Shown here: positions 31,946 to 46,403 of the stretch, in pieces
Layout of the letters: the number at the start of each line of letters is the position of its first letter
How positions within the stretch are numbered: the stretch's first letter is position 1
Assembly (NCBI GenBank): GCA_963751755.1
Contig: CAVVVH010000008.1
Location: 2,430-66,429, forward strand
DNA length: 64,000 bases
DNA from: Candidatus Dormiibacterota bacterium
GTDB taxonomy: Bacteria > Chloroflexota > Dormibacteria > Aeolococcales > Aeolococcaceae
Direction: 5' to 3'
Program-made: the position numbers and the translations under genes
The notes under the pieces: generated by a model
What the model was told of the DNA's origin: nothing
What the model saw: only the letters and a program-made list of their open reading frames with translations
The model's database searches: none

Positions 31946-32287
31946 ACTGGGCGCTCGTCGCGGCGTGACCGCGCGTCTTCGACCGGCTCATCGCCGATCC
32001 TCCCGTACGCGCTCAAGAACCGGCGAGCGTCCCCGCGCATCCACACGCGCTCACGGATGCGTTGCCGTCGAAGTGGCTGCCTCTGAGACTGGTAGTTCTC
32101 GAGGGCGGCCCGCTCCGTTCGGTCTGTTTGTTCGAGACGGGTGACTGACGATTGGTCGTTTGAGGCGATCGTCGCTCACGATCTGCCTCCATCTGTCCTG
32201 CCTGCGGGACTGCGGCGTAGTCACGGCCGTCCTGCCCTGCGTTGGGCGTTGCCGTCGTGGCGCCGATTGCCAGCGGGCGTCAGCCGG

Positions 32288-32361
32288 TGGGCGGGGCAGG
32301 GATCGAACCCGCGGCCTTCTCGGTGTAAGCGAGACGCTCTGACCAGCTGAGCTACCCGCCC
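32288..32361 (-). tRNA. tRNA-Val (anticodon TAC)
   Basis: Manual cloverleaf: GGGCGGG-TA-GCTC-AGCTGGTCA-GAGC-G-TCTCG-CTTACAC-CGAGA-...-TTCGATC-...-CCCGCCC-A. Confidence 0.9.
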
Positions 32362-32382
32362 AGGCGGGGCACTGTACCGCCG

Positions 32383-32646
32383 CTATCGAGGCGGCGGCAG
32401 TTCGTCCACCTGAGCCGCCGCCAGCGTCGTGTGGATGGCGTCCACGTCGATGCGGCCGATCTGCGCGGCGACGATCTCGCGCTCCTCACCGACGATCGGC
32501 AGCCCGTGCCGGACGGCGACCCCGTGGAAGATGTCGGCGCCCTCGTCGGCGAGCACACGCGACACCGTGCCGATCTCCGCGCCGTCGCGGTCCAGCACCC
32601 GGTGCCCGTGCTTGATGGCTCTCCAGGCGAGCGTCTCCTCGGCCAT
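32383..32646 (-). CDS. small PRC-barrel-like domain protein (87 aa)
   Basis: AGGAGG RBS 5 nt before the ATG. GHRVLDRDGAEIGTVSRVLADEGADIFHGVAV pattern. Intact. Confidence 0.5.
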   Translation of the reverse strand: MAEETLAWRAIKHGHRVLDRDGAEIGTVSRVLADEGADIFHGVAVRHGLPIVGEEREIVAAQIGRIDVDAIHTTLAAAQVDELPPPR

Positions 32647-32681
32647 GCGGCCACCTCCTGACTGCGCGGTCACGACCGCGC

Positions 32682-33384
<703 letters not shown>

Positions 33385-33431
33385 CAGCCGCAGGCTATCA
33401 GGCCACCCGCGGCGCAGGGCGACCCGGCAGC

Positions 33432-33754
33432 TCAGGCGATGCGGCGGCGCATGTCCTCGAAGGCGACGCAGCTGGTCGGCACCCTCGCGGCTGGCGCATG
33501 TACGCCTCCTGCACGCCGAAGATCGCCTCGATGAGCTCGGCGGGGTTCACACCCGGTCGGGCGATGACACCGCGCCGGCGCAGCGCGATGAGCACACGGC
33601 TGGGAACGGCGCCACCGCGGAGGTTCACCTCCTCGAGCTGGGTGAGCAGGCCGTCGAGCTCGCACAGCACATCGCGGCGCGACAGCCGTCTCTCCTCCTC
33701 CTCCTCCGCCCAGGTCAGCTGATTGAGCACGCGGTTGCGGACGAAGGTTGCCAT
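33432..33754 (-). CDS. hypothetical small protein, frameshift near C-terminus
   Basis: MATFVRNRVLNQLTWAEEEEERRLSRRDVLCELDGLLTQLEEVNLRGGAVPSRVLIALRRRGVIARPG... No family assigned. Confidence 0.3.
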
Positions 33755-33894
33755 CGCAGGATCCCTCGGGAAGCGCGTCCACTCGGGGGGTGGGAGTGAT
33801 GTGGAGAAGAACGATCCGAGCGGGTGGGCGATCCTGGAGCGGCATGGTAGCTGTTGCGGACAGCTTTGACCAGAGGTTTGTGGGTTTGCGCCGG

Positions 33895-34697
33895 CTAGTT
33901 GGCGAGGAACTGGTCATCCGTGGACAAATCGCCAGGGCTGTGTGACCGCCACCGCACCCAGTCAGACGGTGACCGCAGACGCCTCCGCGATCGCCGACCG
34001 CACCGCGCTCTCCGGCCCGCCGCGGCTGGCGTCCGACCACCCGCGCCAGCTCGGTGGCGAAGCGCACCGCCGACGTCGTGCAGCCGCGGCGCCGGGCGCA
34101 CCCCGAGCGACGACAGCGACGCCACCCCGGCGCCCTCGATCCCGCAGGGGATGACCTCACCGAACCAGGCGAGGTCCGTGGTGACGTTCAGCGCCGCCCC
34201 GTGGGTGGTGACACCCGATGCCAGCTTGACGCCGATCGCCGCGAGCTTCTGCTCGCCCACCCAGATCCCCGTGTACGGCGGCCGCCGGGTGGCGACGACG
34301 TCGTATGCGCCGACCGTCGCGATGAGCGCCTCCTCGAGCGCGCGGAGGTGGGCGAGCGACGTCGCCCCGCGCGGGGTCGGACGCCATCGGGAAGACACCG
34401 GCGATCTGCGAGGATCGGGTAGGCCACGAGCTGGCCGGGCCCGTGGAAGGTCACCGAGCCCGCCACGGTCCACGTCGACGTACTCGGCACCCAGGGAGCG
34501 CAGGTGGTCGGCGCCGCTGCCGGCACGTGCGCCGGCGACCCGTTGCGACCCATCGTGTACACCGGCGGGTGCTCGACGAGCAGGACGACGTCGCCGATGT
34601 CGCCGCGTGCTCGCGCCGCGGCCAGGTGACCCTGCAGCACCCACGCGTCGCCGTACGGGACACGCCCGAGCCAGAGGTACTCGAGGACGCCGGCGCT

Positions 34698-34701
<4 letters not shown>
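33895..34701 (-). CDS. lipB: octanoyltransferase LipB, frameshifted
   Basis: GTG start overlapping the lipA stop (GTGA). [18 protein letters not shown]...[15 protein letters not shown]; [37 protein letters not shown]. Confidence 0.6.
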
Positions 34702-37359
<2,658 letters not shown>

Positions 37360-37393
37360 TGTCACAAGCGCTCTCAGCGCGCCACCAGCGCCG

Positions 37394-39357
37394 TCAGGAA
37401 CGCGCCTGCCACGCGAACGCGAGCGGCGACGACACAGTGAGGTCAAGCGCCGGCTCGACCGTGGACCAGGACTGCACGTTGTCCTGGTAGACGGCGGTCG
37501 CGCTGTTGAAGGCGGCAAAGCTGTCGCCGCCGCGGGGTGGGCAGCGGCGCATGCCGCTCACCACGCCGGTCGCCGCGAAGCTGTTCGGCCCCTCCACCAC
37601 GGCGCCGGCGAGGACCGGGGGAGAGCCGTCGCGCGAGCCGACCAGGTTGGTCACCTGGTGCTGCATGCAGTCGGGGAACGTGCGTGCCGTCGCCGACGAT
37701 GAGCGAGGTGCCCCACGCGTTGGCGCCGAGGATGTCGTCGAGCTGCCGCGTCGCGAAGGCGGCGTACGTCTGCCGGCCTGTCGAGCGCTGCGTACTCGGC
37801 GGCGGTGACCACCAGCCCTGCGCCGTGGCTGGTGGTGTCGAACGCGCTCCAGGGAAAGCCGAAGCCGAACGGGTCGGCCGCCGCCGTGGACCTGGCGCCG
37901 TCGAGCTGCTTGCGCAGGTCCGACGACCAGCTGGGCGCGCGTCACCTCGAGGCCGGCGGTGGGCGCGGCCTCCAGCGCGCGCGCCAGGTCGTAGTGCGCG
38001 ACGGCGCTGTCGTCGTAGAGGTTGAGCGTGTCGACGGCGTCGTTGGGTCCCGTGATGTACGCGTGTGCCCAGTGCGCGGCCTCGCGCAGGTACGCCCCCG
38101 CGTCGCGGTGCGGGACACCGGGCGGCACCGGCCCCGCGGCGAGTGCCTTGTAGAGCTCCGTCGCGCCCCACTCGAGGTCGTCGCGCCACTCGGTCTCCGG
38201 GTAGAAGTCGAAGGCGATGGCCGTCTGCAGCCGGCCGGGGTGCGTGTTGGCCAGGTCGAAGATGTGCTCGGCGTTGATGAGGCACCGCCTGGCCTGCGCA
38301 GGCTCGGTCACGCGCTCGAGCTGGTAGCACAGCGCGAAGTCGGCCGCCAGCCGCCCCGCCAGGTTGGGGCTGATCAACGACCCGGGCGGCCCGGCCCGGA
38401 AGACGGGACGATCGCGGATGTACCGCGTCGCCGGGTCGGATCCACCGTAGGCGTCGTCGGCCTGCGGGAGTCGCCAGATGTCGTGGTCGCCGACGATCTT
38501 GCTGTTGCCGTTGCCGATGCCCACCTCGAAGTACAGCGTCCTGGTCGCGTCGTCCCACATCCTGGTGAGGAAGTCGAGGCCGAATGCCGCCTCGGCGGTG
38601 AGGTTCGCGGTCGGCGAGCCGGGCGCCGAGCTGGCCCGGGAAGTCGCGGACGCCTGTCTCCATCATCGCCACCACGTAGCTGTCGGTCTCGACGAACTTC
38701 AGGTAGTCGCCCGCGTCCCACCACGCGCCGGAGGCGTCGACGCGTTTGCCGAGCGGCTTGAGGTCGCCGACAAGCCCGTCGTTGGAGTCCAGCGTGGGGA
38801 TGAGGTACGTCATCGCGTTGGCGTCGTTGAGGTGCGCGGGCTGCGAGCGCAGCGCCGACGGGATGAAGTTGGCGCCGTCACGCTCGTTCTGGAAGAACGA
38901 CAGCGAGTTGGCCATCGCGCGCGCATACAGCGTCCGCGCGGTGTCGATGGGAAACGCGGGTGAGCGGGCGCTGTCGGGACCCTGGACCACGATCCTGTAC
39001 GTGCCGCGACGCGCCAGCGCGTCGAAGGTGAGCGCGTACACGTGCGGGTACGACGCGCTCCAGCTGCCCCTCGTCGTCGGTGACAGCGCCGCGGAACACC
39101 GCGTCTCCCGCCGTGTCGACGACGGCGAAGGTCGCACCCGTCTCCGACCGCGGCGCCATCAGGTAGGCCCGCTTGGTCCCGTCGAGCCGGTATCCCAGCT
39201 GGTCGACGCGCAGCACCGCCGCCCCGGGCGCGGAGGCGGCGGCCGGCTGCTGGCCGGCAGCCACCAGCGGCAGCAGCAGCCCGGCCGCCACCAGCACAGC
39301 CAGCGACCGCCGGCGCAACCCCGCCCGTGCGTTCAACCGCCATGCGGCACCCCACAC
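37394..39357 (-). CDS. secreted glycoside hydrolase family 9 (endoglucanase-like; possibly exo-glucosaminidase) with N-terminal Ig-like domain, frameshifted
   Basis: Signal peptide. SGAWWDAGDYLKFVETDSYVVAMM; GH9 C-terminal block HCMQHQVTNLVGSRDGSPPVLAGAVVEGPN...AFNSATAVYQDN. Confidence 0.6.
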
Positions 39358-39432
39358 CCCACTGGTCGATCAGTAGAATAGGAAACCTACCTGACTATTA
39401 CGTCCACCGTCAAGGCCTGGAGGTCCTCGCCG

Positions 39433-40133
39433 TTGACCACGCTGGTGGTCTCGCCCCACCTCGACGACGCGGTGCTCAGCGCCGGCCTCTTCCTGCTCAC
39501 CGAGCCGGGCGCGGTCGTCGCCACCGTGATGGCCGGGCACCCGGGTCCCGGCGTCCTGTCCGACTGGGATCGTGCCTGCGGCTTCGTGGACGGCGACGAC
39601 CCGGTGGCGCGCCGGCGCGACGAGGACCGCGCCGCGCTGGCCATCCTCGGCGCCCGGCCGCATCACCTGGAGTTCCTCGATCAGCCGTACCGTGCCGGGC
39701 GCGCGGCGGACGAGGGAGGGTCGGTCGACGCCGGGCGACGTCGCCGGCCGGCTGGTCGAGCTGGTGCGCGACGTGCAACCAGTGCGGCTCCTCATCCCGC
39801 TCGGCCTGCTCCACCCCGACCACGTCCTGACCCACCGGGCGGGCGTCCTCCTGCGCCGCCGCACGCAGGTCGAGACATGGGCGTACCAGGACCTTCCCTA
39901 CGCCTTTGCCCGCCCCGACCTGGTGGTGACGCAGCTGGACGGCCTCGAGCGCCAGGGGGTGCACGCCACCCCCGTGCCCGCCGCCGATCCGCCGAGCCGC
40001 CGAGCGCAAGCTCGCGGCGATCGCCTGCTACGCGTCCCAGGTGGACGCGGTCAGGGACGACCTCGGCCACGACGCCTGGGAGCGCACCCTGGGGCCGGGG
40101 AGCGAACGCCTCTGGCGACTGACGGACGTGTAG
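39433..40133 (+). CDS. PIG-L/LmbE family N-acetylglucosaminyl deacetylase, frameshifted
   Basis: MTTLVVSPHLDDAVLSAG...; LHPDHVLTHRAG; C-terminal LAAIACYASQVDAV in a third frame. Confidence 0.6.
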
Positions 40134-40153
40134 CCGGGCGGCGCCACCGGCCG

Positions 40154-41173
40154 TCAGTAGGTCGACGTGACCTTGCTGAGACCCGCCGGGCAGTCGGGGT
40201 CGAGACCGCGGCGCGCCGCGAGGGTCGCAGCGACCTGCTGCCCGCGCACCGACATCACGATCGGCAGCAGAGCTTCGGCGATGCCGCCGGGCACGGTGAT
40301 GTCGGCGTCGCCCGCATCCGAGACCGTGTGCACCACGGCACCGCGACCGCGCAGCTGCCGCACCACCTCATCGATGTCCGCACGCGTGCTCGCGTTGCTC
40401 ATCGCCAGCACGGGGTGGCCGGCTGCGACTGCGGCGATGGGGCCATGGCGCAGGTCGGCGGACGACATCCCCTCCGCCAGCAGCCCCGACGTCTCCCGGA
40501 CCTTGAGCGCCGTCTCCAGGGCCGCGACGAGCAGCAGCCCGCGCGCGGTGACCAGCACCCTGTCACAGCCGTCGAGCTGAGCGGCGACCGCGTCCACGCC
40601 GCCGCCGTCGCCAAGGACGTCCTCGACCTGGGCCGGCAGCATCCGCAGCGCGCCCTCCGGCCACAGCGGCGGGCCGAGAGCCTCGGCCACCAGCGCCACC
40701 GCCAGGAGGGTGGCCGTGAAGCTCTTGGTCGCGGGGACGGCGGCCTCGGGTCCGGCGCCGATGTCGATGGCCACGTCCGCCGCGTCGCCCAGTGGGCTGC
40801 CCGCGCCGTTGACGATGGCCACCGTGCGCGCCCCCTGCCGGCGCATCGCCTCGAGCACCCGGACGATCTCGGGGGTCTGTCCCGACTGGCTGATGCCGAC
40901 GGCGAGGTAGCCGGAGTAGTCGACGGCGCTGCCGTGCACGGTGTGGATGCTGGGGGCGGCCAGCCCGGCGGGACGTGCGGCGGCCATCTCGAGCAGGTAG
41001 CGTCCGTACACCGCGGCGTGGTCGGACGACCCGCGCGCCACCAGGCTGATGCCCGCCAGGTGTCGCGGGAGCACCGCCCTGACCGCGCCGGTGATCTCCG
41101 CCCGCCGCCGCGCCAGGGCCGCCAGCACCGCGGGCTGCTCGGCCATCTCGGCGGCGGTGACCTCGCCCCTCAT
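40154..41173 (-). CDS. SIS-domain sugar-phosphate isomerase/deaminase (AgaS/GlmS-C-like)
   Basis: Intact 339 aa, two SIS repeats (ISLVARGSSDHAAVYG; VGISQSGQTPEIV). ATGA/GTGA coupling with the upstream gene. Confidence 0.7.
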   Translation of the reverse strand: MRGEVTAAEMAEQPAVLAALARRRAEITGAVRAVLPRHLAGISLVARGSSDHAAVYGRYLLEMAAARPAGLAAPSIHTVHGSAVDYSGYLAVGISQSGQTPEIVRVLEAMRRQGARTVAIVNGAGSPLGDAADVAIDIGAGPEAAVPATKSFTATLLAVALVAEALGPPLWPEGALRMLPAQVEDVLGDGGGVDAVAAQLDGCDRVLVTARGLLLVAALETALKVRETSGLLAEGMSSADLRHGPIAAVAAGHPVLAMSNASTRADIDEVVRQLRGRGAVVHTVSDAGDADITVPGGIAEALLPIVMSVRGQQVAATLAARRGLDPDCPAGLSKVTSTY

Positions 41174-42189
41174 GGCGGGCTGTCGCGCCGGCCGGCCGGC
41201 CGCTCAGCCGCGAGCTCGGCGCGGGCGCGCACCAGCGCCGCCTCGGTCGCGCCGGCGCGCCGGAGCACGGCGACCGCAGCACCGGCGACGGGCCGGCCGC
41301 GCCATACCACCAGCTCGGCTCGCGGGGCGGCCGCGGCAACCCCCGCGCGCACCCGGTCGACCAGCCGTGCCGGGGCGGCGGCGACGACGGATCCTCCGAT
41401 GACCACCGTGACCGCGTCCCGTTCCTGGCGCGTCCGGCGCAGCGCCGCCACCGCGAAGCCCACCACCTCGTCCGCCTGGCGGTCCACGATGGCGAGCGCC
41501 GGCGCGTCGCCGGCGTTCGCCGCGACGAAGACCAGCGGCGCCAGCTCATCCAGCCGCTGTTCGGCGAGCTGTCCTCGGTGGATGGCGAGAGCGACGCGCA
41601 GCGCGCTGGGCTGGCCGAAGTGGCCGGCGATCATCGCTCTCAGCGCGGTGTCGTCGGCGCGTCCCTCCTCGCTTCGCACCGCCGCGCCGAGCGCGGCCAG
41701 GCCGATACCGCCGCCGCCTCCCCAGTCCCCGGTGATCGACCCCAGCGAACCGAAGTGCGCCTCGGCGCCGGACTCGGCGCGGCCCACCCCGTTGACGCCG
41801 GCGCCCACCACCACGGCCGCGCCGAACCCGCTGGGGCTGCCCGCCCAGAGGAGGGCGAGGGTGTCGTTGCCCACCAGCGCGCTGGCGACCCAGCCGCGCG
41901 AGCAGATCGCTTCCTCCAGGCCCGACACCTCGTCGGGCTGGTCGGCGCCGGCGAGGAGGAACGCCCCGGCCGGCAACGTGGGACGGGGCGCCACCGGGTC
42001 CTCGGCCGCCTGTCGCCACGCCTCCTCGATGAGGGCTTCGATGACGTCCAGGGCGCCGTCGACGCCCGTTGCGTGCGGGTTGGACCCCGGTCCGCGCACC
42101 GTGGCGGCGACGCCGCCGTCGGTCGTCACCAGCGCCACGTCCGTCTTCGAGTTGCCCCCGTCCACGGCCACCAGGAGGTCACGTGTCAT
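41170..42189 (-). CDS. BadF/BadG/BcrA/BcrD-type ATPase (N-acetylglucosamine kinase-like)
   Basis: MTRDLLVAVDGGNSKTDVALVTTDG...GAGVNGVG...VIGGSV. Intact about 340 aa. Start overlaps the GH4 stop (ATGA). Confidence 0.65.
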   Translation of the reverse strand: MTRDLLVAVDGGNSKTDVALVTTDGGVAATVRGPGSNPHATGVDGALDVIEALIEEAWRQAAEDPVAPRPTLPAGAFLLAGADQPDEVSGLEEAICSRGWVASALVGNDTLALLWAGSPSGFGAAVVVGAGVNGVGRAESGAEAHFGSLGSITGDWGGGGGIGLAALGAAVRSEEGRADDTALRAMIAGHFGQPSALRVALAIHRGQLAEQRLDELAPLVFVAANAGDAPALAIVDRQADEVVGFAVAALRRTRQERDAVTVVIGGSVVAAAPARLVDRVRAGVAAAAPRAELVVWRGRPVAGAAVAVLRRAGATEAALVRARAELAAERPAGRRDSPP

Positions 42190-43449
42190 CGCCACATGGC
42201 CGGCAGCAGGTCGCGGTGAGCGTGCAGCAGGTCGGCGAGGAGAGCCTCGGCCCTGCCCCACTGGGCGATCAGTGGGTGGGCGAGCAGCGCGCGGAGAGCC
42301 ACGTCCCTGGCGCCGGTGCGCGCGGCCTCGACGGTGAGGCGCTCGTACGCCGCGACCTGGCGCATGAGCGCGAGCTCGGGCTCGTCGGGGGGCGGCACGG
42401 CGACCGCCGCCGGGCCGTTGCGGCCGATCATGGCCGGAACCTCGACGACGGCGTCGTCCGGCAGGGCTGCGATGGTTCCGTTGTTGCGCATGTCGACCAC
42501 CTGTACATCGCCGCCGTCCTGGGTGAGCGAGGTCAGCAGGTTCAGCGCGGCGTCGCTGTAATGCGCGCCGCCGCGGCTGCTGAGCAGGTCGGGGCTGCGC
42601 TCCAGGGCGGGGTCGGCGTACAGCGCGAGCAGCCTCTCCTCCACCTCGCGCACCTGCTCGGCGCGCGACGGGGAGGTGCGCAGCTCCCGCACCACCTCGT
42701 CGTGCATGTAGAAGTAGCGCAGGTAGTACGAGGGCACCGCGTGCAGGAGGCGCAGCAGGGGCGACGGGCAGCTCGACGTGGTCCGCGAGCTCCTGCGCGC
42801 GCGCAGCCAGCAGCTCGGGGAGCAGATCCTCGCCGTCGACGACCACCGACCGGATCCAGGTGAGGTGGTTGAGCCCGGCGTGGCCCAGGCCGACGCGATC
42901 GGGTGGCACACCGAGCCACTCCGCGAAGAGCCTCTGGAACCCGATGGCGACGTTGCACAGCCCCACCGCGCGGTGACCGGCGTCGAGCAGGGCGCGGGTC
43001 ACGATGCCGACGGGGTTGGTGAAGTCGATGATCCACGCCTCGGGACCGGCGCGCCGGCGCACCGTCTCGGCGATGTCGAGGATGACCGGGACGGTGCGCA
43101 GCGCCTTGGAGAAACCGCCGGCGCCGGTGGTCTCCTGGCCGACGCACCCGCAGGCGAGAGGGATGGTCTCGTCGAGCTGGCGTGCATCCTGGCCGCCGAC
43201 GCGGATCTGCAGGAGCACGGCCGCGGCCGAGTCGACGGCGCGGTCGAGGTCGGTGGTCGCGATGACCGTGCCGTCCCACCCCTGGGCGCGCAGGATCCGG
43301 GTGGCTGCGGAGCCGACCACGTCCAGGCGCGCGGGGTCGGTGTCATGCAGTGCCAGCTCGGAGATCGGCAGGGTGTCGCGGAGGCGCACCACGCCCTCCA
43401 CGAGCTCGGGCGTGTACGTGCTCCCCGCGCCGACGACGGTGACCTTCAC
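42186..43449 (-). CDS. glycoside hydrolase family 4 (6-phospho-beta-glucosidase / ChbF-like), one internal frameshift near 42900
   Basis: MKVTVVGAGSTYTPELVEGV (NAD-binding N-terminus); CNVAIGFQ; C-terminal half in ORF 42186..42911 (YYLRYFYMHDEVV...). Confidence 0.65.
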
Positions 43450-44390
43450 GCGGTCACCTCGTCGCGGACGGCGTCGACGGCGAGAGCGAGCGCGCCGCGC
43501 AGGGGCGCGTCACGAAGGAACCTGGCGGGCACGACGTCCGGCGGGAAAGGCACCGCCGCTCTGACGCGCCGCGCCACGGCGCCGACGACTCGCTCAGCGC
43601 TGCCCATCAGCCCGCCGCCGAGCGAGATGCGCTCCGGGTCCAGCAGGATGGCGCTGTTGGCGATGTGCAGCGAGAGGGTGTCGAGCACCTCATCCACCTG
43701 CTTCCGCACGCGGGGGTCGTCGTGCGCGAACGCCTGCGCGGTGGTCACCTCCTCACCGAGCAGCGCGCTCGCTCGCTCGGCGATGGCGCGGCCGCCGACG
43801 AGCTCTTCGAGCGGGGCGCGCCCGGCGGCCACGCCCGGGGAGGTTGGACTGCCGTCCAGCAGGTACGCGATCTCCCCCGCGGCGCCGTGCGCGCCCTCCA
43901 GCACGCGACCCGTGGTGACGATGGCGGCGGCGACGCCGGTGCCGACGTTGACGTACAGCGCGGGGTCGCAGTCGCGCAGGCTTCCCCACCGGGTCTCCGC
44001 CATCGCCGCCGCTTTGACGTCGTTGCCCATCGCCAGGCAGGGCAGCCCGCTGGTCCGCTCGAAGTACGTGCGAAGGTTGACGTCGCCCAGCCCCGGGAGG
44101 TTGGGGGTCAGCACCATGGTCTCGGCGCGCACCACGCCCGGCGCCACCAGCGCAAAGCCGCGGCACGGGCCCGCGCTCTCCAGCTGATCCGTCTCCGCCA
44201 CCAGCGCCAGCGCGCACTCCGCGGCACGCTCCAACGCCTGGTCCGCACCCCTGTCGACGGCTGTCGCGATGCGGTCGCTGCGCAGCACGCGCCCCTGTCG
44301 GTCGGCGGTGGCGAGCGCGATCTTGGTGCCGCCGATGTCGAGCCCGAGGATGTATCCAGTCATGCGCGCAGCCCGGCGGGTTGCCGCCAA
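43446..44390 (-). CDS. ROK family sugar kinase
   Basis: Intact 314 aa. YILGLDIGGTKIALA; ROK-type GNDVKAAAMAE...; no N-terminal HTH, so kinase-type rather than regulator. Confidence 0.7.
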   Translation of the reverse strand: MAATRRAARMTGYILGLDIGGTKIALATADRQGRVLRSDRIATAVDRGADQALERAAECALALVAETDQLESAGPCRGFALVAPGVVRAETMVLTPNLPGLGDVNLRTYFERTSGLPCLAMGNDVKAAAMAETRWGSLRDCDPALYVNVGTGVAAAIVTTGRVLEGAHGAAGEIAYLLDGSPTSPGVAAGRAPLEELVGGRAIAERASALLGEEVTTAQAFAHDDPRVRKQVDEVLDTLSLHIANSAILLDPERISLGGGLMGSAERVVGAVARRVRAAVPFPPDVVPARFLRDAPLRGALALAVDAVRDEVTA

Positions 44391-45442
44391 CCGTCGTCGT
44401 GCGCCGGCCGTCCGGTGCCCTGTGGGTCAGCGAGGTGACACGCCGCCTGGTGGCCGGCGCCGACGTGACGAAGCCGGGGCGTCTCCACCGAGCACCGGGC
44501 GACCGCGATGGGACAGCGGAACCTGAACCGGCAGCCCGGGCCGGGGTCGATGACGCGCGGTGGCTCGCCGACGTCCGACGCGGACGCCAGGCCCAGCGGC
44601 GCGCGGGGATCGGGCACCGCGGACAGGAGCAGCTGGGTGTAGGGGTGCCGCGGTCCTTCCAACACCTGGCCGGCGGGGCCCTGCTCCACGACGTGACCCG
44701 CGTACAACACCACGATGGAGTCGGCGACGTAGCGCGCGCTGGCGATGTCGTGCGTGATGTACAGGCAGGAGACCCGCTCACGCGCGCGCAGGTCGAGCAT
44801 GAGGTTGAGGATCCCGGCCCGGATGGACACGTCGAGCATGGACACGGGCTCGTCCGCGAGGATCAGCTTGGGGCGCAACGCCAGCGCCTGTGCGAACCCC
44901 ACCCGCTGCCGCTGGCCGCCGCTCATCTCATAGGGGAATTTGCGCAGGAATGCCGCTGCAGGGAGCAGGCCGACCGCGCCGAACACCCTTTCCGCCTCGG
45001 CGCGCCGCTCGTCGCGGCTCAGCTCGCGCCGGTGCAGCTTCATCGCCCTGTGCACGGCGTGGCCGACGCGGAAGGCGGGGTTCAGCGAGCTGAAGGGATC
45101 CTGGAAGACCATCGGCACCTTGCCGCGGTACGCCAGGGTTTCCGCGCGCGACCTCCGCGCCTTCAGCGATCGACCCTCGAAGAGGATGTCCCCGGCGGTC
45201 GGCCGGTGCACCATGGCGAGCAGGCGCGCGACGGTGCTCTTGCCGCTACCGCTCTCGCCGACCAGGGCGACGATCTCCTGGGCGCCGATGGTGAGGTCCA
45301 CCTCGTCGAGCGCGTGCAGGGTGCGCCGCGACAGCAGCCCTCCCACCCGGAAGTGCTTGGTGAGGCCGACGGTCTGCACCAGCGGCACGGCCTGCTCGGC
45401 GCCGGGCGCGGCCGTCTCAACCATGGGCGTGCTCGCGCGCAT
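44360..45442 (-). CDS. oligopeptide/dipeptide-type ABC transporter ATP-binding protein (DppF/OppF-like)
   Basis: Walker A GESGSGKST. Intact 360 aa with C-terminal oligopeptide-ABC extension. Confidence 0.8.
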   Translation of the reverse strand: MRASTPMVETAAPGAEQAVPLVQTVGLTKHFRVGGLLSRRTLHALDEVDLTIGAQEIVALVGESGSGKSTVARLLAMVHRPTAGDILFEGRSLKARRSRAETLAYRGKVPMVFQDPFSSLNPAFRVGHAVHRAMKLHRRELSRDERRAEAERVFGAVGLLPAAAFLRKFPYEMSGGQRQRVGFAQALALRPKLILADEPVSMLDVSIRAGILNLMLDLRARERVSCLYITHDIASARYVADSIVVLYAGHVVEQGPAGQVLEGPRHPYTQLLLSAVPDPRAPLGLASASDVGEPPRVIDPGPGCRFRFRCPIAVARCSVETPRLRHVGAGHQAACHLADPQGTGRPAHDDGWRQPAGLRA

Positions 45443-46403
45443 CGCCGGCGTCCGCGTAGAGCAGGCAACGCACCCGCTCGGTGTCGACGTCGTAGAGGTC
45501 GGGCTCCACGATGTGGCACTGCGGCATCACCACCGGGCAGCGCGGATGGAAGCGACACCCGGCCGGCGGCCGGGCGAGGTCGGGCGGGCTGCCGGGGATG
45601 CCCGTGAGGTGCACCCGCTCGCCGCGGATGGACGGGAACGCATCCAGCAATCCCTTGCTGTACGGGTGCAGGGGCGCGTCGAACACCTTGCGCGTCCCGC
45701 CCAGCTCGGCGACCTGGCCGGCGTACATCACCGCCAGGCGATCCGAGAAGTGGCTCACCAGTGACATGTCGTGCGTGACGAAGATGATCGCGAAGCCCAG
45801 CAGGCGCTGCAGATCCTTGATCTGCATCATCAGCGACCGTTGCGCGACCACGTCGAGGGCCGAGGTCGGCTCGTCCATGAGGATGAGCTCGGGCGTCAGC
45901 AGCAACGCCATCGCGATCATGGCGCGCTGCCGCATCCCGCCGGAGAGCTGGTGAGGGTAGCTCTTGAGGTGGACCGCGTCGATGCCGACCAGGTGCAGCA
46001 CCTCGGCGGCGCGCTCGCGGATGGCGGCATCCGACGTCTGCCCGTGCGCCCGCATCGCGTCGGCGAACTGGGCCTCGATGCTCTTCATCGGGTTGAGCGC
46101 GTTCATCGCGCTCTGCATGACCACCGAGTAGTCGCGCCAGCGCACGCGTCGGAGCTCCTCCTGTGACAGCCGTGTCATCTCCTGGCCCTTGAAGTGGATG
46201 GTGCCGCCGGTCACCTCCGCCGGCGGCGCGAGCAGCTGGGCGATGGCGAACAGCAACGTCGACTTGCCGCACCCGGACTCCCCCACGATCGCCACGAACT
46301 CACCGGCGGCGACGTCCAGGTCCACGCGGTCGACGGCGCGGACATCGCCCGAGTCGGTGACGTAGGCGACCGAGAGGTCGCGCACCTCAAGCAGGCTGGG
46401 CAC
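45417..46403 (-). CDS. oligopeptide/dipeptide-type ABC transporter ATP-binding protein (DppD/OppD-like)
   Basis: Walker A GESGCGKST, signature LSGGMRQR. Intact 328 aa. Confidence 0.8.
   Translation of the reverse strand: MPSLLEVRDLSVAYVTDSGDVRAVDRVDLDVAAGEFVAIVGESGCGKSTLLFAIAQLLAPPAEVTGGTIHFKGQEMTRLSQEELRRVRWRDYSVVMQSAMNALNPMKSIEAQFADAMRAHGQTSDAAIRERAAEVLHLVGIDAVHLKSYPHQLSGGMRQRAMIAMALLLTPELILMDEPTSALDVVAQRSLMMQIKDLQRLLGFAIIFVTHDMSLVSHFSDRLAVMYAGQVAELGGTRKVFDAPLHPYSKGLLDAFPSIRGERVHLTGIPGSPPDLARPPAGCRFHPRCPVVMPQCHIVEPDLYDVDTERVRCLLYADAGDAREHAHG

Noticed and set aside
39572-42337. 921-aa plus-strand ORF
   Set aside because: Antisense to the SIS, BadF and GH4 genes, with highly biased composition.
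41170-43449. 759-aa single ORF
   Set aside because: Actually a GH4 gene and a BadF-type kinase gene joined by the open frame. An ATGA stop/start overlap at 42186..42189 separates them.
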